Assembly (NCBI GenBank): GCA_001643675.2
Contig: LSRY02000016.1
Span: 992,001-1,056,000 of the forward strand
Length of the DNA: 64,000 bases
Origin: Monocercomonoides exilis PA203
Lineage: Eukaryota > Protista > Preaxostyla
Direction of reading: 5' to 3'
The translations under genes were made by a program, and so were the position numbers. The notes under the pieces are model-generated. The model saw only the letters and a list, made by a program, of their open reading frames with translations, did no database searches and was not told the origin of the DNA. Shown one piece after another: positions 37,729 through 50,834 of this stretch. Position 1 is the first letter of the stretch. Each line of letters begins with the position of its first letter.

Positions 37729-38140
37729 ATATAGTTAGTGTTAATAATGGTGGACACTTTCAATAACTGTGGACAGTCGCATTATCTCAACAACCGTTGA
37801 TAGTTGCATTTCATCAATTAACCCAACTATTCTCTCATTGAAAGCAAACTTATAAGTCATGCAAAAATGAAACAACTCACTTCCAAGAATAAAAGACTTA
37901 ACATTTTCAATTCTCGGAGAAACTCGGAGAATTTTATTTCTCCGAATTTCTCCGAAAAGAAAAAATTGTTTTTGTATAATATCGTTTAAATGGTTTGGTG
38001 ATATAAACTATTCATGCTAGTTCATATTCATTGAGAGAATAGTTGGGTTTATTGATGAAATGCAACTATCAACGGTTGTTGAGATAATGCGACTGTCCAC
38101 AGTTATTGAAAGTGTCCACCATTATTAACACAAACTATAT
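37729..38140. mobile_element. 412-bp foldback / MITE-like element with ~114-bp terminal inverted repeats and TA-type ends
   Basis: 37729-37842 is the reverse complement of 38027-38140 with 3 mismatches. Ends are ATATAGTT...AACTATAT (possible TA TSD). Internal 18-bp inverted repeat at 37914-37931 / 37938-37955. Confidence 0.88.
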
Positions 38141-38703
38141 CACTTTTCGCCTTTCTTTTCTCTTTTATGGAATTCAAGCAATGTAGCAATATGAACTGTT
38201 TATCAATGATTGTTTAACAAACTATTTTGTTGTTTTGAATCCAATGTGAAATTATGCTAATATAAGGAGGAAAATACGGACTTTCAAGCTTTTTTTCGCA
38301 CAAGGTATTGAAAATTTGCTTCACTAATAACTATATATCGCTTTCTCAGATTTCAAAATAAATGTAATTTTCTTATCTGCAAACAGGCATCGTTGAAATC
38401 ATAACATTAAGTTTTGTGATATTCCTCGTTAGTCAAAAAAATGAACACATTTCAATAAAATTTTTTGAACTCAAAAAGCTTGTCAATAGTGCATAATTAT
38501 TCAATGAAAATGCATGATGCAAAATATTTTGCCCCAAATATATTTATTCTCAAAAAGAAATTTAAATAAGCATTCTCCAATTATCAAATCACTCGTTTTG
38601 CCATTTCAATGGCACTTTGATGATTCCGTTTTTTGAAGCCTTCACGAAAAATTAAAATTTATTCTTCAATTTGAATAAATTATCAAAAATCAAACCCATT
38701 TTA

Positions 38704-40330
38704 ATGGATGTTTCAAAAGAATTGTCGTTACCAGAACTAAGGAAAAAGTTGGCAACCTCCGAAATAAGAAGATTAAAAACAACATCCCAAAAAATATTTG
38801 AACTGCGTTAGGATAACATCATAATTAGAAAAGTCGCTGTTGATTCTGGAACAATATCAAATGGTTCGTGGGACAGAGGAATAGTGGCAAAGAAGCAGAA
38901 AAGGCAGGCGGGAGTGAACAAAAGACCTCCGATAATTAAGCCAGATTTAATAGAAAAAATCGAAAACCAAGTTATTGTTCATCTCTCAAAAGGTGAAACA
39001 ATAAGAGTTAAAGACGTGCACAAAATGGTTTATGTTTAATTTTTATTATAAAAATAATTTTTTTTTAAATATATTTAGATTGTGGAGCATATGGAACAAT
39101 CCTCAAAAGACGAAGAAGCGAAAAAAATACCAAGTTTAACAGCCGCATACTATGTTATTCAAAAAAGTTCTATATTGAAGTCAGCTGTTTCAAAGCAATT
39201 GGACACTGCAAAAATATCTTCCCAATCTTCTGATTCCGTCAGAAAGTGGTTTGATGAACTTTCGCAGATTGTGAATGAGAAAGAAATAGTTCCATCAGGT
39301 ATCTTTAATTTTGATGAAACTTTTCTTCATCTGAGTACGGATTCTTGCAAACAATTAGTGTGTCTGCAAAACCAGAAACCTCCTTCAACTCCTTCTCCGA
39401 AAAAGACTTCTAACACGACATTGTGCTTATGTGCCTGCGCAGATGGCTCATGTTTGTCATCTTTTTATCTTTGGCCTGCGAAAAAAATTCTAGTGGAATT
39501 TTATACGCTTTCATTGTTTAATATCAATTCTATCTTCGCATCTTCAGGATGGATATCTTCAAAAATCTTCGAAAAAATCATGCTCGATTATTGGCTTGAT
39601 AATTTCGAAAAAAAAGATTAAAGATGGAGCATTGAAATCCGCATTGTTCCTGATGGATAACCACTCTTCTCACAGCAGTGATGCTGTTGAAATAGCTGCA
39701 TGAAAGAAAAACATCATCAAAAAAAAGTTTCCTCCGAATTTAACCCATCTTCTACAACCGTGCGATAATTCAATTTTAGCACGGTTCAAGAAAACATATA
39801 ATAATAGCTTCAAATCACCAACTGATCATTCTTCTGCTGCGTTTCGCTCCGCCATCTTCGATATTCTTCCAGAAGCACTGACTGCTTCGGTCGCACCTTC
39901 AAATATTAAGCATGCATTCAGGCAGACGGGAGTTTGGCCGGTCAAAGCTACTCCGGTTCTTGAAAGAATAAGTGGAACAACTGAAAAGGAAGCATCATTG
40001 AATGACGATGAGAATAAAGAGCAGCTGTTTGGAAAATATTCTCCAAAGAAAAAGAAAATTGAAGATGAAAAAAACAAGAAATTGCGATAATGAATCAATT
40101 CAAAAGATGAAAGAAATAAACTATGCTTCTATTCTGCGAAAAGCAAAAAAGAAACAATCGAGAGAAGATTAATTGGATTTGAAAAGAAAAGAAAAGAAAG
40201 AAGAGAAAATGGAGAAGTCAAAAAAAAGTTGCAGGAGAAATAGCGACAAAATAAAATGGAAAATAAAATGCTTGAAGATCGATTATGACGACGACGCATA
40301 TTATCAAAGAAAGATATCGAAGATATAACG
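38704..40330 (+). mobile_element. pogo/Fot-like (DDE_1) transposase pseudogene, DD35D spacing, with one intron
   Basis: IFNFDET, TLCLCACADGS, SGWI, LMDNHSSH, FPPNLTHLLQPCD, IKHAFRQTGVWP. Intron 39028-39078. Stops at 38809 (TAG) and ~39700 (TGA), frameshift near 39610. Confidence 0.88.
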
Positions 40331-41292
40331 AACATTCTTCAGACAATTGTTCATTGATTTGAACGACAAACAATTACAACTCTCTCAAATCCTTTAAAAG
40401 TGTTTTTATCATAAAGAATATCTTTTTAAATTCGTTATTCATAAAACAATTGTTTTCTCATTTCAGAAAAGTCTAATTAAATAGAAATAATTAAAGTGTA
40501 ATAATTCGAATTAATGTTTGAAGAAAAGAGTTTTGAATTTAAGCAATTTTATTTGCGAACAAACACAAATTGCATGAAAATATAAGAAACAAACAACAAA
40601 TTCTAACTTTCGATTGTGCAAAGCAAAAAAGCAGTTCGAAATCCTTCAATGATGAAAACATATAACTCAATTAATAATGAAAGAACAGATATGGTTTCAA
40701 TTGATATATGAATCATTCCTGTTTAAATATTGACATGTGTTGAGGAAATCATAGAGAAATCATGGTTTTGAATAAGTTTGAATTCATATCTGAAAAAAAA
40801 GGCTTCTCTGTGTTTTGAAAAATCAACGAGTTTTTGAACGATGGTGATTAATGACTTTTGAACAGAAAAAAGCTCATATTTCAAAAAGCAGAATTATCAA
40901 CACGTTTGAAGAAGACTTTTCTTTTATATAAGATAATGAAAAAGCAAACTGAACAAAGGATGTTATTTTGTTGATTCACTTTTTCAAATTGAAGTGAGAT
41001 GAAAAAAAGAAAAAGAAAAAGAAAAAATAATTCCTATAAAAAAAGTTGCTATGAATGCTTGCTTTCTTTTTTGTTAAATATTGAAAAAAAGAAAAAGAAA
41101 AATTTTGAATTTGAAAACAAATAAAATCTCAATACCTCAAACATTAACAGAATAATAATTATAATAAAATAATATAATTCATTTTTAAAAACTCATTTTT
41201 ATAAAGAAAATATATCCTAAGTTTTATTAATTCTTGAATCGATGAGGGAAAAAAATTTCATTTTTTCGTCAGAAGATGAAAAACATATTATT

Positions 41293-42703
41293 TCAAGCAT
41301 TCACAAGATAAGAAGAAATTTCAAATGGAAACAAATAACTATCATAATGTTGTTTTCTGTTTAGAAAATCAAATGTTCCTCGAAAGCTAATGATAGCATC
41401 TTCGAGCCCTTCTTCTTCAAACTTTTCAAACATTTTCCTTTTGGCTGCCTTTCTTTCTTTTTCTTCCATTATGTTATACTCCTTTCTAATCGATCGCCTT
41501 TGAATCTCAATAAAAAACGTTAAGAATGTATGTGTCATTTGATCATTCAATGTTGGCCTACGAATATTCTCAAAGATAGCATCTACAGCTCCTCCATTCA
41601 TTAAGTTATCAAACTTCACTGCTCGTCTGTTTGCAACAGCGTTTCTCAAAATGCAAATGCACAAGATGCTTATTCCACAGAAATTATCATTCGCCGCCAG
41701 AAACAATCGCATAGTGATATGAATAACTCCAATTAATGCTTCATCATTCAACTCTAATTTGCATAAGAAATATTCTAGAAATTTCAGCCATCTCTTTAAA
41801 ATCATCACTTCTTTAGTTTCTTTTCCTCTTTCCTCTTCTTTCTTTCTCTTCCAATCAACACATTTCAAAAATTTCTCAAATTCTAAAATTGCTTCTCTTG
41901 CAAAATGCAGCTCATCCACAACAACTTCTTCCAAGCTTTTGTCATTGCCCAATCTGAACATCAAAAATTGCCAAGCAGAATGATACGCAAGTCTCGTAAG
42001 ATTCTGATGTTCCTGATGATGTTCGATGATTTCTGTTATTTCCTTCAAATATACTTTTTGTTCCAGATTCTTTCAAAAATAAGGCGGGAAAAAGCAAACA
42101 TAATAAAAATGAAATAGAAGTGTTCATGCATCAAATTTCTCGACACAACTCAAAGCCAGCAAAGCCATTTCCACTTCTTTTTGATTCTCCTTATTTTCCT
42201 CTTTCTTTGAGGCAACTTTCAAAACGCATGGTACACAAATCGGAATCAGTTTCGATAAAAGTTTGTCATTTAATAAAAGAAAGCATTCACATAGATCAAC
42301 AAAAAGTTTTTCAGTCTTCTCTTCTTTCTTCTTATTTTCCTCAACAATCATCTTTTCAAATCTTTCGTTCAAAAAAGATCCTTCAAAGCTATACATCCGC
42401 CTGAATTTCAATGCCTTGTTACATCCAATACGCTTCATCAGCGCAAATGCATTCTCCAATGACAATTTCTTTTCTTTAATCATTTTTCCCATTTCATTAA
42501 ACTGTTCTTCTTTGTAAATAAAGAGTAATTCATTTGCATTCATCCTATCAATCATTTCATTCATTTTTTCGATTTTCCGTTTTTGCCCATCTAAATCATA
42601 ACCTTCAAGCTCAGAAAACAATTCTTCAAAAAATATAAAAAAAAAATAACGAAATGAAATTAGAATGAATTCCAATTCAACAATGAAAACAAGCCTGCGA
42701 ACA
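41293..42703 (-). CDS. Lineage-specific helical (ARM-like) repeated-family protein, at least one intron
   Basis: ORFs 42124..42675 and 41293..42048 join in frame through a 60-nt intron at 42070-42129 (GCATGA...GAAAG), giving KEVEMALLALSCVEKFDNLEQKVYLKEITEIIEHHQEHQNLT. The 5' end is uncertain. Confidence 0.7.
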
Positions 42704-44937
42704 TTTTTGTATTGTTCTTCTCATGTTTTTTCGAAATAAATTGAATTCAGAAAACAACATGATTTTGGCATTCATATCGAATTCGCATGCGTTTGGATTG
42801 AAAAAAATTGAAGTATAATAAATACTCAAAACAACCGTGAAAATATAAGTATTCGCACCATTCTTCTTTGTATTAGCGTTCTTGGGAAGTGATAATTGAG
42901 TAATAAATGCTTTATGTATTTCAATTCAACTTTGAAGTAATGGTTAGTTTGATCGAAAAGTTTTATTTGGGACAAAATATTTTTTCTATATGAATTTTGT
43001 TCCATTCTTCTCTAACAAACATTTTTCTCAATTTTTGAATTTTTCTGGAATTATTTGCATCGTTGCGATTGATTTTTAGTGAAATGATTGAAGAAAAAGT
43101 ATGGAACAAATCTCAGATTTTATTCATAATTGCAAAAATTTTGCCCCATTTGAACTGGAATTTCAGTTTGTAAAAGAGAAAACAGAGAGTGAATCTGTCC
43201 TGCAGAATTAGAAAATTTATTTCCTGTGTGACAACAGACAATGGTGAGATGCAATATTTTTGAAATTCTTTCGGATTTATATTTGAAATTGGATGGGCAA
43301 GAAAATGCAATAATTTTATTCATTACACAAAAAGACGTAATGAATGTAATTTTATATCATTCTATTGATTGTGAAGATATTTCCGTCTGTATCCTTTCCA
43401 AGGTGCAGGAATCCGAATTATTGTTGAAATGGCCAATCTCCGCTTTGTGGAGCAACACGATGAGAATGGAGCAGATAATTATATTTCAATTGGGTAGTAA
43501 ATGTGGTTACGGAAGATACATGATTTTAATTTGAACAAGAGATGAAAACAAATTCAACTGTTATTTTATTGAATGTCGATTTATGGATGGAATTCTGTGA
43601 AGGACAAAATCTACATAAAATTATGTAGAATTTTTGAATTATATGCAGTGGAGCAGTTTGCGATATTTTTTGGGAAAGGAAAGTGGATGGCAATATCGAG
43701 GGAAGGATATTTATCACATATAAAAGGTAAGAAATCTACTCAAATCAATAAAAACTTGGTTTATACAACGTTATCAGGAGAAAAGCAGCTGCTGCTTCTG
43801 CTCAAAAAAAGTTGCTCTTCTGTGTGGAGTTTTTATTGGATTTTTTAGAAGACAACACAATTTCTTCAAAACTGAATGTGATTTATATCAGTTTGTTCTT
43901 TCTTAATGAAGGGCTTTGTTGGGATTCTCACAAATTTTTCATTCAAAGCAAAGGAGATACAATATTTTTATTTCTTGTGGGCATATTCAACGCGAAGGAG
44001 CAACGAAGTTACCATTTTATGTTCATACGAATAATTTCCACAAATTCTCAGTGACATTGAGTTATCTCAGATTATTTCCCCCTCATCGTCGACTTTTGAA
44101 ACAATTCATTTGATTAGATTTCAGCAATCAGATGGACTTCTCATTCAACTTCAAGGACTTCGTATGACTGTGGCTGATTTGGTTGATCTTTGACTTTTGC
44201 TTCCTCGTTGCATGTGCAAAGCTTACGAGACAATCATAAAAATTGAAGTTAAACATTAATTGAGGATTTTCTATATATTCCAGTGCATTCTGAAACAGAT
44301 AGTTTCTTATCTTCATTTTCTGATTGTTCTGCTATTGCTTGAATTTCTGCTTGCGAAACTGAAAGGATTGCCTTTTGGATTTACAACTCTTTCTCTCTCA
44401 CTGAACGTTTCGATATTTCAAAAAACAAAATCTTGAGTTTCATATGCATTTATTTTGGATGATTTCATATCTGCATGCATGCATTCTGCAATCTATTCAT
44501 CAATTCTTTCAATCATGCAAAAGCACAGAAAGAGCAGCAGTGAACTATTTCTGGTAAGACTCTCATTTAATTTTTATTATGCGAAAGAATCATCAGCACT
44601 TTGCTTGCAGATTGATTGTTAATAAAACGATTATATTAAGCACAAGAACATTTTGGTTGAAGAAATGGAAATTCTAATAGAAAGTTCATTTTTCTTTCGC
44701 TCTTCCATAATTTCTTCGACTTCAACTTTCTCTTCTGTGCATTTGCTTTTCTGCTTCTATCGTCAAATGGCAAGTTTCTCATTTTTCTTCAATTTTTTTG
44801 AATTTCTTTTCAACATCATCCATTGGCTTCTTTTCAACTATCTTCTTAAAGTCCATCCTTCTCAGATTTGATATAATTCGTTTTTTTTTAGCAAGCAACA
44901 ACAAGAATAATTTCTGAGTCATTAGTCAATCTTCACT

Positions 44938-45537
44938 TTGCATTTGGTACCTTCTTCTCCTTCTCCATCACCTTTATCATCTTCTTCAACACCTTCTCTT
45001 TTTCTTTCTCTTTCCCCTCCTCCTCCTTCCCCTCCTCCTCCTTCCCCTCCTCCTTCTTCACCCCTTTCACCCACGCCAATGACACTCTCTCCACGGCAGA
45101 CACGGAACCAGCTGTTTCGCCGGAGGAGCACCGGAAGGAGAGAAGATGTGACAGCAGACATCCCCTTTGGCGGGCAGGGCGTGCTGCTGAAGGGAGTCAG
45201 CCTCAGCCAGATCAACGAGTGTGAGAAGGAGAACAAAAGGAAAGCAGAGGAAGGTGCTGAGTGTACTACTCCGCCAGGGTTTGAGTCAGCGAGGGACAAA
45301 CAGAAAGAGCACGAGAGGCATCTGAGAGAAGGGAAAGAGAACTCGAATAAAAGGGGAGGTGATGAAGGAGTTGGGCCATATTCATTGTCATCATCATCAT
45401 CTTCTTCTTCTTCATTGAACCAAAAGCGCCAGGTCTCGTTTTCTCGCATTCCTCCTGTGCCCAGCCAACCGCAAATAAGCACAACGAAATTTCGCCCAAC
45501 TCCTCGGCAAGTTGACCATGACACACAAAATATTTGA
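44938..45537 (+). other. Pro/Ser-rich low-complexity ORF or gene fragment (199 aa)
   Basis: GC-richer island in AT-rich DNA with SPPPP repeats and a charged segment. Non-ATG start and no recognisable domain. Confidence 0.3.
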
Positions 45538-48500
45538 AGGCAGTTTTATGCGACATGGCATTTTATTCAATTTTGTTCAATATTTAATTTGATTTTTCTC
45601 TTTGATTTTTTAATTGTTACAACTCTTTTCATAAATAAAAAGAGACAACGTTCAGTTGCTTTTTAAAAAGAAATTTTATTGCAAAATATTATGAAAAAAC
45701 ATCAATATGAAAAGGTAAATAGAAAAAAAAAGTGTTCGAAAGATTCATTTTCAAATACCATAAAAAATAATCTGATCAAAAATGCGAATTGCAAGATTAT
45801 CTGATTGCGAGATGGAAAAGGAGGTTAACGGGAAATAATATGCGGGAGCAGGAACAAATTGAATTTATGCGTCAGATTGAAAAATGACATGATTATTGGA
45901 AACTTATGAAGAGCAACAAGGAGACAAAGAAATATACTAGAAAATAAAAGAAATAGAAAAAACTAAACTTCATTTTAAACGATGGCTATGCACATAATCT
46001 TTTTTATTCTACATAGCAAGCATCTGTTGAAATGACGATATTCATCGGTATCGAAGAGGTGAAAACATGGAATGAAACATGGATAAATTGCAACTGCTGA
46101 ATACTTTTTCAAATCTTCTTAGCTTTTCAGAATGAATTTTAGTGAAGCATATTTTTGAATTCAATTAAATGGTCATTTCCACTTTATTTTCTCCAGCAAC
46201 ATCGTTATTACATTTTCATCTTCATCTTTTTCTTCAATGATTCTCAACGTTCATCCGTTTTAACAATCTTATTTCCTTTCCCCATCAACAAGATCCTTTT
46301 TATACTTAAGTTGAAAAGCTTAATCGCATCCATCTTTTCACACGATGTTGGAGTGCAGGTTTTCAGTCCAACCAGAACAAAGAAATACTTCTTTTTCACG
46401 AAAACAAAACCAGCAGCTTCAAATCAATTCAGTTCTGCCTTTGCTTCTGCAATCGATACATTTTTTGAGCAATCTGCTGACTCTCTTCAACCATCACATC
46501 GATGCCTTATTTCGCCTTTTCACATAATTCAGAAGCCAATGCGCATATGTTATAAAGCATTATTCTTCATCTGGAAAATCTATTATTCCTTTGATTTCGG
46601 TAAATAACTTCAAATATATATCATTTGACTCATTTTCTCCTGAGGAATACTAAGAAATTAGAGCCAAAGCCACTGGTTAAGATGAATTGAGCAAAACATC
46701 AAGTGCATACAAAATGAAATGAATGGAAGGGATCAGCTATCATCAACTTTTTCTTTGGATTCATAATCATTTATTCAGTTCAATCTGAGTTTCTACCTCA
46801 TCATTACACTCCTTCATTATTTGCATCTTCTTCACGCGTTCTGCTTGTAAAATCGATGAACGCCTCAAACCTTCTGCCAAACGGGAGAATAACCTACTCA
46901 TGTATTTCTAAATTCACTTCATCATCATCTGCACAAAACATCGCCTTTTCTGAATGGATTAGATGTATATTTCAAAGCCTTCAACAACCGAGAGCTTTTG
47001 ACACTTTTTTGAAGATGCATTTCTTCTTTCACAGGGCTTATCAATGTTCACAAGAAAATGTTGTCATCGATCGAAAGGAAGCTTTTGCGATGGATTTTTA
47101 GGAAAAATCGAGTTATAAAATGATTAAAGAAAAATATCAAACAAAAACAGAAACCAACATCCTGCATCTATCTCTTTATGGCATTGTTCAAGGCGTAGAT
47201 GATCAAAAGGGGAACTGTGCGATTCTTCTGGAAAAGTTTGAAAAGAATCACAATTTTATAGCTGGAAATGGGGTGAATGTTTTCAATCATTTGCTGATTA
47301 TTTTCTCTCAGAACATCCATTTCGACACAATTTCCATCCAAAAATTGTTTCAAAGGCGATTATTTCCTCTTCGATTTCTTCTTCTTCTTTTTGCATTCCT
47401 TCTTCAACTTCTCCTCCACTTTTCATTCCGAAAATGTTTTCATCACATTTCTCGATTCTTTTCCAAAGAATCAAACAAACCTGCTCAGTTATCAAAAGAG
47501 CAGCTCAATTAACTCCGCAATTCATTTTCATTCTTCAACAGATTGGATACCTTTTTTCGTTCGTTTCTCCAATCAACTCAACACTTCCATTTTATTCTTC
47601 AATTCATATATCTCTTATTGTATCTTTAAAGGTCTTCAATACCTTATATTTAAACTACATTCAGAGATTCCGGATAAATTTCTTCATTTTCTTCATCGTC
47701 ATATTCTTCACTTGAAATAAAACATTTCCCATCATATCCAGAAAAAACAATTCAATTATTTCTGGAAATTTTCTCTTCTTCTCTTCTTCTTCCTCTTCTC
47801 TTCTCTTTTGCAAGGGCTTAATTCGAATACCATCCGTTCTTCTTCCACCAATTTGTTCTATCTCCATTGTATCTCTTCTTGCCTTTCAAAAGTGCTATTT
47901 ATATTGAGCATTCATTAGCATCAGGAAATGAAAAGCGAATGAAGAAGCTAGCTATGAACATATTGGCACTTTACAACAACAAAGAAAAGAAGGCATTTTC
48001 ATTCGGTGCTGCCTTTTACACGATTCTAATTTTATCTTCAAACGGAGAATTAATACCGACAAGCATAGTCGAGTAAGAACACCTTGTTATTTCTTGTATT
48101 TTTCACAGTCTTTGTACTGGAGAAGTCCATCTTTATTCATTCATTTTTCCTGTAGAAGCATTTTTCTATCATTCGTTTGATTGATTTCCTTGGCTTGAGT
48201 CAATCAAATCATTAAATGATTTTTTAATGAACGTTTTCCTTTGTGAATGAAGACAACCAAATCTTGACTAACTTAAGAAATGTCTCGTGTAATTTTGGCA
48301 GACAGATTATTTTAAAGAATGATTCCAGAATGGTGCAAAAACGGCTATTCGTTTGAGCTGGCAAATAAGAGAAACAGATTCATATTGCGCGATTCCTCAG
48401 AGTTTTCAGTTTCATTCAAACATTCTGCTGCAGTTGTGATGAAAAAGATGAACTCCAATGCGCAGGCTATTCAGACGCTGCTCTCTTGAAATACATCTCG

Positions 48501-50834
48501 AGTTGATTTGCAGACAATAAACTCTTTCAAAGAGAATTCCTTCAAAAATAATCTGAATGATTATTCAAAGAAGAAACCATCTGAAAAACGAAAATTTCCT
48601 TTTGTGCAAACAAACTGTGGACTTTGCTCGTCTTTCGCGAATTTTATGTTCGACACATCAAATACACAATTCGAGAAGAACAAACTGAATTCGCCGTCAA
48701 GATCTATTTCTTTCCTTTTGAGCTGATGAGCAGTGTCCAGAAAGCAAAATGATTGAATAACAAATCTTTTTGCTGGAAATAGAGCAGAATGAAGCTAGCG
48801 AAGCGATTCCTTTCATCATAAAACGAATATCTGCTCAGAGAAATGAAAAAAGAGTGCTTGAAGATGCTCTTTCTGAGAATTGCACAGATATTGGCAGATA
48901 AATTATTCCCAATACATGTGATTTATCTGCTTCTTTCGGCTTGATCTGATCGGATGGATTAATTGTCCATCCTTTTCCTCTAAACATTCAATTTGAGAAA
49001 AAGTTGTCCTTTGGCATTTTGTGGGGGCATGAAGCATCACAGAAGTGATGAGATATAATCAAAAATCATAACTTAGTGATTAAAAGGATTTTTCTTCATT
49101 ATCATGATATCTTTTATTGAATCGATTCTTCTTGATCAATAACAGCCTTTTGAATGCGAGTGCAAATCCATTTGTTGATCCAGCTTTTACCACTTCGACT
49201 TCTGAGCTCTCAATCCGCTGTTATTTTCAGGTTTCATCTGAAGTTTCATCGCCTTCCTCTCTTCTCATGTTTATGAAATTATCCAAAATACTTTTTGGAG
49301 AATATAGCCTCACTTCTCATAACTACATCTTCTTCTCGAAAAAAACCATCTCTCCGAATGAGATTTCTCTTATGGGTTCTGTTGTTATTTGTACATCATT
49401 CGAACTTCTTTTTGCAAAGCACACTTATTTGTTCCGACCTATTGGGTTTGGCAATAATTCATTTATCATCCCAGAGTTGTAACTGCAATTTACGATGTAT
49501 CAAACAATGTTTTTCTGAAGGGATAGAAGCAGAGTTTTATTTTCGGTCAATGGAAATTGAGAAATCATTGAAAGGAAAACACCATTATTGCGTGTTCAAG
49601 AAAGACAATCTTCAATGAATGTTCTGCTCTGCTGACGTCCATTAGTTTTTTTGAACTGCATATTGAGTTTCAGATACACTTGTGTGATGAAGAAGAAGAA
49701 ATCTCACAACAATATGGAGCTTCAGACACCAGATGAAAAAATGTTCCTTTCATTATGAACAAAACATCAAAGAAATTCAATTCATTGAAGAAGATAAATT
49801 TCGAGTATGTGATTCCGTTGATGAATGCAAAGTTTTTTTTCACTGTCAGAAGAACTTCTTGTTTGTAATGGAGCTCTATTGGAGCGGGATTAATTTTCTT
49901 TTATGAATGATCCTTAGTGAGGGGGGAAATATCTTCATTTTTGATTATTTGAGGTGAAATAAAGGAAAATTTTGTGAACACCACAATGATGTTGTGCTGC
50001 TGATGGAAATGACGGATTCACAATTTCTGAGCTTTACGGAGAAATTGCAGTTATTTCAATGTTCTTTTCTTCTTCAATTCAAATACAAACGTGAAAATAA
50101 CAACAAAGAGAGATTATTATTTAATTCCTGCCTGAAAGCAAAGAGAAGATAATAATCCATGTCCTTGCGTTCGATGAATCAACATTCCCACCAAAAAAGG
50201 CACACAGCTCGATCAATGTAGTTATTTCTGAGTGAAAAAGATTCTTTATGAAAATCTCTAAAAATGTTTCTTCGGATAGGGTATTTGCTCAAGAAAACAC
50301 AACTTTGAGCAAACCGAGCATAATTTGTAAATATGAAACCAAACAGAAAACGCCAGTTTATCATCGATCGAATGGCAGTTGCCGCAAAACCTGAACTGAA
50401 CGAGTTCAACCTATTTCTCTTGAGACCAAATGAAAGCTTAAGGTTATTCTATTATCGTTTTTGAGAAATTTGCATCCTTTTCGTTGATGATGAATCATCA
50501 AAATTCAATATTACAATCAGAGTGCATTCGATCGATTATTATTCTCTACGAAACAATTGCTTCAAAGGAGAAAATTGTTTTTAAATGGATTTGGAAACAA
50601 GATGTCTACTGTGAAGTCATAAAGGAAACGAAATTATCTTCAAAAAAGGTGATTTTTGAAGGATCAAGTTTTTGATGAATAAATGTGAGAATGCCAAATA
50701 ATCTTCATTCATTTATACCTGAATTCTTTTAATTCAATGTTTTTCTCATTTTACGAACCTTTTTGTGAAAAGAAAATTATATAAAGGGAAATTTGATTGA
50801 AGGCCCATAATAGAACTGTTTGCAGGAGTGAGGA

